A stretch of 57,702 nucleotides of DNA from an uncultured Clostridium sp. (GTDB lineage Bacteria; Bacillota; Clostridia; Lachnospirales; Lachnospiraceae). The translations under genes were made by a program, and so were the position numbers. This document shows, piece by piece, positions 19,733 to 28,420 of this stretch (positions are counted from its first letter, which is position 1; each line of letters starts with the position of its first letter). The notes beneath the pieces were generated by a model. The model did no database searches, was not told the DNA's origin, and saw only the letters and a list, made by a program, of their open reading frames with translations. The DNA lies in the NCBI GenBank assembly GCA_945946715.1, contig CAMEWU010000001.1:1-57702 (forward strand). Direction: 5' to 3'.

Positions 19733-20029
19733 ATGAGCGACAATTTTAACAACGATTACACGTATGATGCATCTGTGCAACCTGTACAGGAAGAAAAGAA
19801 GGGTATGTCAATTGCCTCATTAGTATTGGGATGTGTTGGTATACTTGCATGGTGTTTGCCACTTCTTGGTTATCCGGTAACAATCGCTGGTATTGTTCTT
19901 GGTATCATTGGTATGAAGAAGGGTGGAAAGACTCTGGCAATCATTGGTATCATCTTATCTGCAATATTCTTAATTGCAACGCTGATTAACTCTATTGCAG
20001 GAGTTATGTTAGCAGTACAAAACTTCTAG
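19733..20029 (+). CDS. Small DUF4190-like membrane protein
   Basis: Polar N-terminus followed by two TM helices with GIVLGIIGMKKG. GAAGGGAG RBS. Confidence 0.5.
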   Translation: MSDNFNNDYTYDASVQPVQEEKKGMSIASLVLGCVGILAWCLPLLGYPVTIAGIVLGIIGMKKGGKTLAIIGIILSAIFLIATLINSIAGVMLAVQNF

Positions 20030-20041
20030 AACTTAATTTAG

Positions 20042-20092
20042 AGGCTGTTGCTTTTGCGAACAAAAATTCGTAAAGCGACAGCCTTATTTTTT
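20042..20092 (+). terminator. Rho-independent terminator
   Basis: AGGCTGTTGC...GCGACAGCCT stem followed by a T-run. Confidence 0.7.
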
Positions 20093-20313
20093 CTTTTTTG
20101 ACTCAAGAAACATTTTTAAGGGCATATCGGTCATTAGAACGCTATGACGGAAGTTGTAAAACAGATAAGGAATCAAATGTTGCTAGTACTTTCAATTAAA
20201 ACAATTGCATTAAATGCTTTTTGATTCTTGTAGAATATAATAAATATAAAAAATGTAAAAAATAATTGAAAAATGTTCTGGCGTGATGTATAATAGATGA
20301 AAGCAGGCTGGTA

Positions 20314-21135
20314 TTGGAATTGATTTTAGAGAAACCGGTGAAAGCGGTGAGCGTTCGAGCAGAACGAACTGTTTTATTCAATTCCGATTTTCGAAGTGTT
20401 CGATTGGACATTTTTGCTACCGATGAATTAGCAGTAGATTATAATTTAGAAATGCAAAATGAAGATGAAGGAAACCTTCCGAAGCGTAGTCGTTATCATC
20501 AGGCAGAAATTGATGTAGCATCTTTAAAACCAGGTGAAGATTTTAACGACTTGAAACCAAGTATCATAGTTTTTATATGTACCTTTGATCCTTTTGGAAA
20601 AAATGCATATCGATACACCTTTGAGCAACGTTGTACTGAGTATGATTTTGCATTGGGTGATGAAACAAAACGGATTTTTTTGAATACAAAAGGTAAAAAT
20701 GATAACGAAGTTTCACAAGAATTAAAATGGTTTCTAAAGTATGTAGAGAATTCCACAGATGGCTATGTAGACCAGGTGGAAAGCACTAAGATACGTCAAC
20801 TTCACGAAAGAGTTAAAGAGCTGAAAAGAAGCCGAAAATTGGAGGAACGCTATATGCATTTTGAAGAATTGTTAGAAAGGGAATTGAAAAAGGGGTTCGA
20901 AAAAGGCATTAAGCAAGGCATTGAACAAGGCATTGAAAAAGGCATTGAGCAAGGCATTGAACAAGGTATTGAACAAGGTATTGAGCAAGGTGTGAAAAAA
21001 GGTCAAGTAATGGAGCGCAAAAGACTCTTTACCTTAATTTCCCGTATGGCTTCCAATGGTGAAAGTGAACTTATTTCTAAATTAAGTGAAAATGAAGAAT
21101 TTTATGAGACAATGCTGGAAAAGTATAATCTGTAG
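20314..21135 (+). CDS. Rpn/YhgA-like PD-(D/E)XK nuclease ('putative transposase') family protein, apparently 5'-truncated, with a (G-I/V-E/K-Q/K) repeat
   Basis: LPKRSRYHQAEID...IVFICTFDPFGKN...RIFLNTKG core. The frame is closed by TGA at 20284, and only a TTG start without an SD is available. The usual ~35 N-terminal residues are absent. Confidence 0.6.
   Translation: MELILEKPVKAVSVRAERTVLFNSDFRSVRLDIFATDELAVDYNLEMQNEDEGNLPKRSRYHQAEIDVASLKPGEDFNDLKPSIIVFICTFDPFGKNAYRYTFEQRCTEYDFALGDETKRIFLNTKGKNDNEVSQELKWFLKYVENSTDGYVDQVESTKIRQLHERVKELKRSRKLEERYMHFEELLERELKKGFEKGIKQGIEQGIEKGIEQGIEQGIEQGIEQGVKKGQVMERKRLFTLISRMASNGESELISKLSENEEFYETMLEKYNL
20893..21000 (+). repeat. 12-bp in-frame tandem repeat (~9 units, GGCATTGAACAA-like) encoding GIEQ/GIEK/GIKQ
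   Basis: Read directly from GGCATTAAGCAAGGCATTGAACAAGGCATTGAAAAAGGCATTGAGCAA... Confidence 0.9.
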
Positions 21136-21405
21136 ATTCTAAATAATTCAAATGGAGTATTGTTATACTTCGTCGAGAAATTTCAAAAACAGTATCAAAT
21201 AATTTCAACATGATTTTATGGCACAAAGGATATTGTTCTGCTAAAAATAATACCTTAATAATAGAATAATTATTTGCTAACTAACTGTACGCAGGGATAG
21301 GTGTGTATGGTCTTTTTTGTTGTATAAATTGGGAATAACTGCTCATACTTTTAGAGTCAAGAAAAGTTCATTGAAGGATTAATTTCAATAAAATGGAGCA
21401 TAAGT

Positions 21406-22500
21406 ATGAAAGAGAAACAGTTACCCATTATCAATAAAAGTGGTTACTATGAGATTCGATTGGAGAGCATTGGTGGCCTTGGGGCAAATCTATGTGGAAA
21501 AATGATAGGGGAACTGGGACTGAAATATTTAGGGTTAAACAGTGCCAGTTTTTCCAGCTATGGTTCTGAGAAAACCGGAACACCGGTAAAGGCTTTTATC
21601 CGCTTTAGTGATTCAGAAAAAGAAATCCGCATTCATTCTCCTGTAGTGGAGCCCCATTTGCTTGGTATTTTTCACGAGGCATTGCTAAGTAATCCTTCTA
21701 CATTGGAAGGCTGTCAGCAAAATACTCAAATTGTGGTTAATACCGGGGAGTCGGGAGAGGCATTAATTAAAAAATATGGAATTTCCTTAGAAGAAATTCA
21801 TATAATACCGGCGCAACAAATCGCAATGGAGACCCATTCCCGTATTAACGTGGTCATGCTTGGAGCAATGGCAAAGGTTATGGGTTTTATCCCGCTTGAT
21901 GCAGTAAATAAAATATGTGAGAAGACATTAGGAAAAAAATATCCGGATGCGCTGACCGGCAATCTGGAGGGAATCCGAAGAGGATATGAGGAGGTGGTTA
22001 TGTATTCTCATAAGGGTAAAACGGAAAAGAGTATGGGAATACAGAAAGAAGCAGAAATTCCCCAATGGGGCTATGAGACTGCACCGATTGGGGGAATTAA
22101 CCCATTATATGGAAATAGTGTAACATCGGATGTTTCTCCTTCCCGTCAAGGCTTTATTCCTGTCTTTATTCCCGAACGATGCATTAACTGTGGACTGTGT
22201 GATTCTACATGCCCGGATATGGTTTTTCAGTTTCAAAAGGGAGAATATAAAGGAAGAGAAATGATGATAAATAAGGGTCTGGATTACTATCATTGTAAGG
22301 GCTGTCTTCGCTGTGTGGAAGTATGTCCGGTGCAGGCACTGGTTCGTGGTGTGGAAACGGAATATCCGGAGAAGCCTTGGTTTCTGCCGAATCAGGAAAT
22401 GATAAGAAAACCGGAAGATTATGAGAAGACGGGAGCGGACAGTTATATCACATCGGAATCGTATTTGACAGAAAAACGGATGGAAGGCGGTGAGGTATAG
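21406..22500 (+). CDS. 2-oxoacid:ferredoxin oxidoreductase, fused gamma + delta (2x[4Fe-4S]) subunits
   Basis: N-terminal POR-gamma-like domain. C-terminal CINCGLCDSTCP and CKGCLRCVEVCP motifs. Confidence 0.8.
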   Translation: MKEKQLPIINKSGYYEIRLESIGGLGANLCGKMIGELGLKYLGLNSASFSSYGSEKTGTPVKAFIRFSDSEKEIRIHSPVVEPHLLGIFHEALLSNPSTLEGCQQNTQIVVNTGESGEALIKKYGISLEEIHIIPAQQIAMETHSRINVVMLGAMAKVMGFIPLDAVNKICEKTLGKKYPDALTGNLEGIRRGYEEVVMYSHKGKTEKSMGIQKEAEIPQWGYETAPIGGINPLYGNSVTSDVSPSRQGFIPVFIPERCINCGLCDSTCPDMVFQFQKGEYKGREMMINKGLDYYHCKGCLRCVEVCPVQALVRGVETEYPEKPWFLPNQEMIRKPEDYEKTGADSYITSESYLTEKRMEGGEV

Positions 22501-22502
22501 AC

Positions 22503-24740
22503 ATGAAAGAACAAATCATGGAATATGCCAGTGGAAATGAAATGGCAGCCATAGCAGTACAACAGATTGGCTATGATTTAATGGGGTATTATCCCATTAC
22601 ACCCTCTACACAAATCGCAGAGAATCTGGACGCTATGCGGGCTGCCGGAGAGACAGATTTGATTATGATTGCGGCAGAAGGAGAACACAGTGCTGCAGGT
22701 ATCTGTTATGGTGCCTCTGTGGGTGGTGGACGAGTGTTCAATGCAACCAGTGCCAATGGCTTGCTGTATGCCATAGAGCAGTTGCCTGTACAGTCAGGTA
22801 CCCGTTACCCTATGGTCATGAATGTGGCATGTCGAACGGTATCCGGTCCCTTATCAATTAAAGGAGACCACAGTGATATCATGTATATGCTAAATGCAGG
22901 CTGGATTATTTTCTTTGCCCATACGGTACAGGAGGTATATGATTTCAATATTCTGGCACTGAAATTAGCAGAGCAGGTACGCCTTCCGGCAGTAGTTGCA
23001 TTTGACGGTTTTTTTACCAGTCATCAAAAACGGCGGTGTTATCGTTTTGCAGAGGAGAAGGTTATACGGGACTTTCTTGGTGAAAAGAAAGAAACTTATC
23101 CTTTTTTTGATTTTGAACACCCGATTACTGTAGGCTCTTATATGAATGAGCCGGATTTGATTAACAATCGTTATCAATTACATTTGGCTATGGAGAAGGC
23201 TCGGAATGCCTTGCCGACCTTGTTTCAGGAGTACCGGAATTTATCAGGCAGAGAGTATGCACAGATAGAGACATACCGATGTGAAGATGCAGAAACCATA
23301 TTGATTTTGTTAGGTTCTTCCTATGATACTTCAATAGAAGCAGTAGAACAAATGAGAAAACAAGGCGAAGCCGTTGGCGTGCTGACACTTCATTTGTTGC
23401 GTCCGTTTCCGGCTAAGGAGTTGTGGGATGCTTGTAAAAATGCAGCCTGCCTTGTAGTAGCAGACCGACAGGACAGTTATGGAGCAGAAGGCGGAAATCT
23501 TTCTATGGAGGTACGGGCAGTAATGCAGCGGTACGGTGGGCAGGCAAAGATTAAGAACCTGATTTACGGCTTGGGTGGAAAAGACTTCTTTGTGGAGGAT
23601 GCAGTAAAAATGTTCCGCTGGACCAAGGAAGAAAAAGAGGACTTCTGTTATTATGGAGTGACACCAGGGAGAGAAGAGGAAAGATCCAGTCGAGGTGGGG
23701 AGGGACTTCCCTATTTTCCACCATTGACGCCAGACAGAACGAAACTGGGACTGACACAGGCAGTTGAAACTGGGGATGGATTTACAGTAAAGGGTGGAAC
23801 ACTGAATGCTACGACTGCTATGCCGAAACGAATTGCACCGGGGCATGGTGCCTGCCCGGGATGTGGAATACCGGTAAATCTGAATCTGTTGTTGCGGGCA
23901 ATCGAAGATCCGGTAGTGCTGTTATTCCAAACCGGATGCGGGATGATTGTCACAACACCATATCCGAAGACCAGTTTTAAAGTTCCATATGTCCACAATT
24001 TATTTCAAAATGGGGCGGCAACTTTAAGTGGTTTGGCAGAAATCTGTTATCGGAAGCAGAAAAAAGGGGAACTTCCACCGGGAGAGATATTATTTATCAT
24101 GGTTAGTGGAGATGGGGGCATGGATATCGGTATGGGTGCAGCGTTAGGAACTGCTTTGCGAGGACATCATTTACTGCTTTTTGAGTATGATAATGGAGGT
24201 TATATGAATACAGGTTACCAGTTATCCTATTCCACGCCCAAGGGTGCCAGGAGCTCCACCTCACATGTAGGAAAAGAACAATATGGAAAGACCTTCTTTC
24301 ATAAAGATATGCCCCAGCTCATGGCAGCGGCTAATATTCCTTATGTAGCTACAGTAGCAGAATCCAATCCGATGGATTTTATGAAGAAGGCGGCAAAGGC
24401 GGCGGCATATGCAAAGCAGAAAGGAGTTGCCTATGTAAAAGCGTTATCCGCCTGTCCGTTGAACTGGAATGATAAACCGTCAACGGAACGAAAGGTTATT
24501 GAAGCAGCCGTTGATTGTTGTTATTTTCCTCTGTATGAAGTAGAACAGGGTAAGACAAAATTAAGCTATGACCCGGAGAAGACAGGAAAGAAACGTCCGG
24601 TCTTGGAATGGCTGTCCATGATGGGACGCACAAAGCATCTGGCAAAAGAAGAATATACGGAAATCGTGGAAGAAATACAGATAGAAGTAGACCATCGATA
24701 CAGGCGGTTAAAGGAACGGGCAGAGCATCCGTTGTTATAA
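22503..24740 (+). CDS. 2-oxoacid:ferredoxin oxidoreductase, fused alpha + beta (TPP-binding) subunits
   Basis: The alpha-type N-terminus (GNEMAA...YPITPST) and the beta-type CPGCG and SGDGG TPP motifs occur in one 745-aa ORF. The start lies 2 nt after the upstream stop. Confidence 0.8.
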   Translation: MKEQIMEYASGNEMAAIAVQQIGYDLMGYYPITPSTQIAENLDAMRAAGETDLIMIAAEGEHSAAGICYGASVGGGRVFNATSANGLLYAIEQLPVQSGTRYPMVMNVACRTVSGPLSIKGDHSDIMYMLNAGWIIFFAHTVQEVYDFNILALKLAEQVRLPAVVAFDGFFTSHQKRRCYRFAEEKVIRDFLGEKKETYPFFDFEHPITVGSYMNEPDLINNRYQLHLAMEKARNALPTLFQEYRNLSGREYAQIETYRCEDAETILILLGSSYDTSIEAVEQMRKQGEAVGVLTLHLLRPFPAKELWDACKNAACLVVADRQDSYGAEGGNLSMEVRAVMQRYGGQAKIKNLIYGLGGKDFFVEDAVKMFRWTKEEKEDFCYYGVTPGREEERSSRGGEGLPYFPPLTPDRTKLGLTQAVETGDGFTVKGGTLNATTAMPKRIAPGHGACPGCGIPVNLNLLLRAIEDPVVLLFQTGCGMIVTTPYPKTSFKVPYVHNLFQNGAATLSGLAEICYRKQKKGELPPGEILFIMVSGDGGMDIGMGAALGTALRGHHLLLFEYDNGGYMNTGYQLSYSTPKGARSSTSHVGKEQYGKTFFHKDMPQLMAAANIPYVATVAESNPMDFMKKAAKAAAYAKQKGVAYVKALSACPLNWNDKPSTERKVIEAAVDCCYFPLYEVEQGKTKLSYDPEKTGKKRPVLEWLSMMGRTKHLAKEEYTEIVEEIQIEVDHRYRRLKERAEHPLL

Positions 24741-24781
24741 CGGAGAACAATGATATATTAATAGGAAAGGAATAGAATCGT

Positions 24782-25390
24782 ATGGCAGTTGATTTTAAGA
24801 ACAGTGAAACAAAGGATAACTTAATGCGGGCATTTGCAGGAGAGAGTCAGGCACGGAATCGTTATACCTTTGGTGCTTCACAGGCTATGAAGGAGAAACA
24901 GCAGGCAATAGCACAGGTATTTATCTATACGGCAAATCAGGAAAAAGAGCATGCGGAGATTTTTTATAAGCATTTGAAAGAGTTGGGAGGAGAAACCATT
25001 CATGTAGATGGTGGCTATCCGGTAGATATTACCGATGATTTGGCAGAATTGCTTCGTATGGCTCAACACAATGAATACGAGGAACATGACGATGTATATA
25101 AACGATTTGGAGATAAAGCTAAAGAAGAAGGATTTCTAAAGGTAGCAGCTTCCTTCCATATGATAGCAGAGATTGAAAAGTATCATGGTGATCGGTTTGG
25201 ACGGTTTGCTGAATGGTTGGAAAATAATAAGCTTCATGTATCATCAGTAAGCACAGGATGGATTTGCCTGAATTGCGGATACATTTATGAGGGAGAAGCA
25301 GCACCGGAGAAGTGCCCGGTCTGTGATCATGACAAGGGATACTTTATTCGGCTGGAATTATCACCATTTGCCGGGGATTGCAAGGAATAG
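24782..25390 (+). CDS. rbr: Rubrerythrin
   Basis: FAGESQARNRY and EEHAEIF-type di-iron ligand motifs. C-terminal rubredoxin-like CLNCG...CPVC. Confidence 0.9.
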   Translation: MAVDFKNSETKDNLMRAFAGESQARNRYTFGASQAMKEKQQAIAQVFIYTANQEKEHAEIFYKHLKELGGETIHVDGGYPVDITDDLAELLRMAQHNEYEEHDDVYKRFGDKAKEEGFLKVAASFHMIAEIEKYHGDRFGRFAEWLENNKLHVSSVSTGWICLNCGYIYEGEAAPEKCPVCDHDKGYFIRLELSPFAGDCKE

Positions 25391-25420
25391 ATGTTTGTTA
25401 GATGGTAAGGCAGAAAAATA

Positions 25421-25454
25421 ACAGAGGAACAGCCTTTGACGGTTGTTCCTCTGT
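25421..25454. terminator. Bidirectional terminator between convergent genes
   Basis: 14-bp stem ACAGAGGAACAGCC / GGTTGTTCCTCTGT, with an A-run upstream and a T-rich tail downstream. Confidence 0.7.
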
Positions 25455-25471
25455 CTTTAATCTTACTTCAT

Positions 25472-26449
25472 TTAGTAATTTTCCAGCAGGGATTTATAAA
25501 ATTCACAATAATCCTTCCGATTTTCGGCGGTAAAGGACATTGCCTCCCTTGGATGACGATTTAACTGACCGGTAAACATATATTGCAGGTCATATCCCCA
25601 AACAATACCGGATTCTTTCAGTGGAATCATATATTTTTCAATGAAGATTAATAAGCTGTATAAGCTGTATCTTGGGTTCTTCAGGAAGCCAAGAAGCAGT
25701 TCCATAGCACAGTTGCCGGCACCTCTGCCCATGCCCTGTGCTGTTGCGTCCAGATAGGAAACACCATATGAAAGAGTTTCGATGGTATTGGCAAATGCAA
25801 GATTCTGGTTGTTGTGTGCGTGGAATCCTACCTTTTTGCCGGTTTTCTCTGCATAGGATAAATAAGTTCTGGCAAGCTCTGCCGCATTTTCCGGATACAG
25901 AGAACCATAACTATCTACTAAGTAAATGACATCAACATTTGTGTTGCAGAGCATTTCCAAAGCTTCTTCCACCTGATTGGTATTTGCCTGAGAAATTGCC
26001 ATGATATTACAGGTGGTTTCATAACCCAGATCATGGAAATATTCAATCATTTCGATAGCTGCCGGTATCTGATGAATATAGCAGGCTACCCGAACCATAT
26101 CGATGACACTTTCGCTCTTTGGAAGGAAATCTGTTTTGAAATCACATCTTCCTACATCCGCCATAACCGCAATCTTCATATCAGAAATGTTATCACCAAC
26201 AATGGAACGGATGTCTTCTTCGTTGCAGAATTTCCACTTTCCAAAATCTGCTTCATTAAATAAAGTCTTGCTTGCCTTATAACCAAATTCCATATAGTCA
26301 ACGCCGCTTTTAATATTGGTTTTATAAAGCTCGCGTACAAATTCATCTGTAAATTCAAAATTGTTACATAATCCACCGTCGCGGATGGTAGCATCCAGTA
26401 CCTTTATATCATCCCGGACACTCATTAAATTACCTTTTCTTGTTTCCAT
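25472..26449 (-). CDS. HMGL-like (DRE-TIM) aldolase / pyruvate carboxyltransferase-domain protein
   Basis: VLDATIRDGG N-terminal motif and HAHNN metal-ligand motif. AGGAG RBS. Confidence 0.65.
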   Translation of the reverse strand: METRKGNLMSVRDDIKVLDATIRDGGLCNNFEFTDEFVRELYKTNIKSGVDYMEFGYKASKTLFNEADFGKWKFCNEEDIRSIVGDNISDMKIAVMADVGRCDFKTDFLPKSESVIDMVRVACYIHQIPAAIEMIEYFHDLGYETTCNIMAISQANTNQVEEALEMLCNTNVDVIYLVDSYGSLYPENAAELARTYLSYAEKTGKKVGFHAHNNQNLAFANTIETLSYGVSYLDATAQGMGRGAGNCAMELLLGFLKNPRYSLYSLLIFIEKYMIPLKESGIVWGYDLQYMFTGQLNRHPREAMSFTAENRKDYCEFYKSLLENY

Positions 26450-26480
26450 TTTTCAATCTCCTGTAAAAACATTTTATGAT

Positions 26481-26514
26481 GCTCTGTTGCTTTAATGCGA
26501 TAAAGCAACAGAGC
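26481..26514 (-). promoter_or_regulatory. 14-bp-stem hairpin in the 5' leader of the aldolase gene (terminator/attenuator-like)
   Basis: GCTCTGTTGCTTTA / TAAAGCAACAGAGC. It lies between the predicted promoter and the RBS. On the transcript it is followed by ATCATAAAATGTTTTT. Confidence 0.45.
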
Positions 26515-26523
26515 GATGATTGC

Positions 26524-26552
26524 ATTGTAACACTATTGTATGGGTTTGTCAA
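26524..26552 (-). promoter_or_regulatory. Sigma-A-type promoter for the aldolase gene
   Basis: On the minus strand: TTGACA, 17 nt, TACAAT. Confidence 0.55.
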
Positions 26553-26565
26553 ATGGGAAATATGA

Positions 26566-27007
<442 letters not shown>

Positions 27008-27038
27008 ATGCCAAAAATTCCTGTGTAATAGGATTTTG

Positions 27039-27108
27039 GGTACCCATGTAGGGTACGTTTTTCTCCACGCCCCCTTTGTTGGATAGGTTATCCGGCAGAG
27101 GGGGTTTT
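27039..27108 (+). terminator. Two tandem terminator hairpins after the GH1 remnant
   Basis: GTACCC-ATGTA-GGGTAC+GTTTTT and CCCCCTTTG...CAGAGGGGG+TTTTT. Confidence 0.65.
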
Positions 27109-27144
27109 TAAAGTTTTCATGAGTTAAGAATCAAGGAAACTATG

Positions 27145-27173
27145 TTGACATAAATAGAATGGTGCAATACTAT
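27145..27173 (+). promoter_or_regulatory. Sigma-A-type promoter
   Basis: TTGACA, 17 nt, TACTAT. Confidence 0.5.
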
Positions 27174-27227
27174 ATATTTAATTACTGAAAAGCATTGGGG
27201 AGTTGAATAGAACGAAGGAGGCATTTT

Positions 27228-28184
27228 ATGGAATATATTAATATGCAGGGTATCCAAATTCCGCCATGTATGATTGGCACCTGGGCATGGGGCGGAGGTA
27301 TGAATGGATCCAAAATGGTATTTGGACAATCCTATGAGGAAGAACAATTGAAAAGTACCTTCCGGTGTGCCTATGATGCAGGATTTAACATGTGGGATAC
27401 GGCAGAAGTATATGGCATGGGAAATGCAGAAAAACTATTAGGTACATTTATTCAGAATACTCCGGTTATTATTTCCACTAAACATATGCCGGGAAAGAAG
27501 TTTAAGGCAGGAGCAATGGAAAGCTCCTTGACGGGGAGCTGTGAGCGATTGGGGATTGATGCACCGGATTTGTACTGGATTCATTTGCCGAATCGGGTAG
27601 AGGAAAACGTGACCGCGGCCGTTCAATTGTTAAAGGAAGGGAAAATAAAAGCGCTGGGTGTATCCAACTATTCCTTACAACAGATAGAGCAGGCAGATGC
27701 CATGCTGCAAAAGGAAGGGTTTCATCTGGCGGCTGTGCAGAATCATTTCAGTTTGCTATCCAGAGGAGCAGAGCAGCAGGCAATTATTGACTGGTGTCAG
27801 GAACGTGAAGTAGTGTATTTCTCATACATGGTTTTAGAACAGGGTGCTTTGACCGGACGGTACGATGAAAAACATCATTTTAAGACATTCTCCTTACGGG
27901 GATTGCAGTTCGGCAAGAAGAAGTTTCGTAAGATTCAGCCTCTATTGGATTATGAAAAAGAATTGGGCAAAAAGTATCAGGTGGATACATCCCAGATACC
28001 CATTGCCTGGGCAATTGCAAGGCATACAGTGCCGATTGTTGGACTGACAAAGCCACAGCATGCAGAACAGTTGAAAACAGTTTTGAATGTGAATTTAACG
28101 GAAGAGGAATTAGGTCGGTTGGAGCAATTGGCAGAGGAATCCGGTGTAGTAATTAAAGGGACGTGGGAACCGAAAGTTAAGTAA
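27228..28184 (+). CDS. Aldo/keto reductase
   Basis: MWDTAEVYG..., LGVSNY and NHFSLL motifs. GAAGGAGG RBS. Confidence 0.85.
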   Translation: MEYINMQGIQIPPCMIGTWAWGGGMNGSKMVFGQSYEEEQLKSTFRCAYDAGFNMWDTAEVYGMGNAEKLLGTFIQNTPVIISTKHMPGKKFKAGAMESSLTGSCERLGIDAPDLYWIHLPNRVEENVTAAVQLLKEGKIKALGVSNYSLQQIEQADAMLQKEGFHLAAVQNHFSLLSRGAEQQAIIDWCQEREVVYFSYMVLEQGALTGRYDEKHHFKTFSLRGLQFGKKKFRKIQPLLDYEKELGKKYQVDTSQIPIAWAIARHTVPIVGLTKPQHAEQLKTVLNVNLTEEELGRLEQLAEESGVVIKGTWEPKVK

Positions 28185-28205
28185 AATTAGGTAAATAAAG
28201 TTTTG

Positions 28206-28247
28206 AGAGAGCAATTCAAGAAAATAATTGAGTTGCTCTCTTTATTA
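28206..28247 (+). terminator. Rho-independent terminator
   Basis: AGAGAGCAA...TTGCTCTCT followed by a T-rich tail. Confidence 0.65.
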
Positions 28248-28420
28248 TTGATTACAATATAGATGAACGCTATTTTTTTAAAAACAACATGAAAATTGTT
28301 TAAAACAAACAAAAGGGTGAAAAAGTAATCAGTAATTATTAATATTTTCAACAGGAAAAACTTATGGTATGATTAAGTAAAATTAAGTAACAAAGAATAG
28401 TAAAAAGAAAGTAAAGAATA

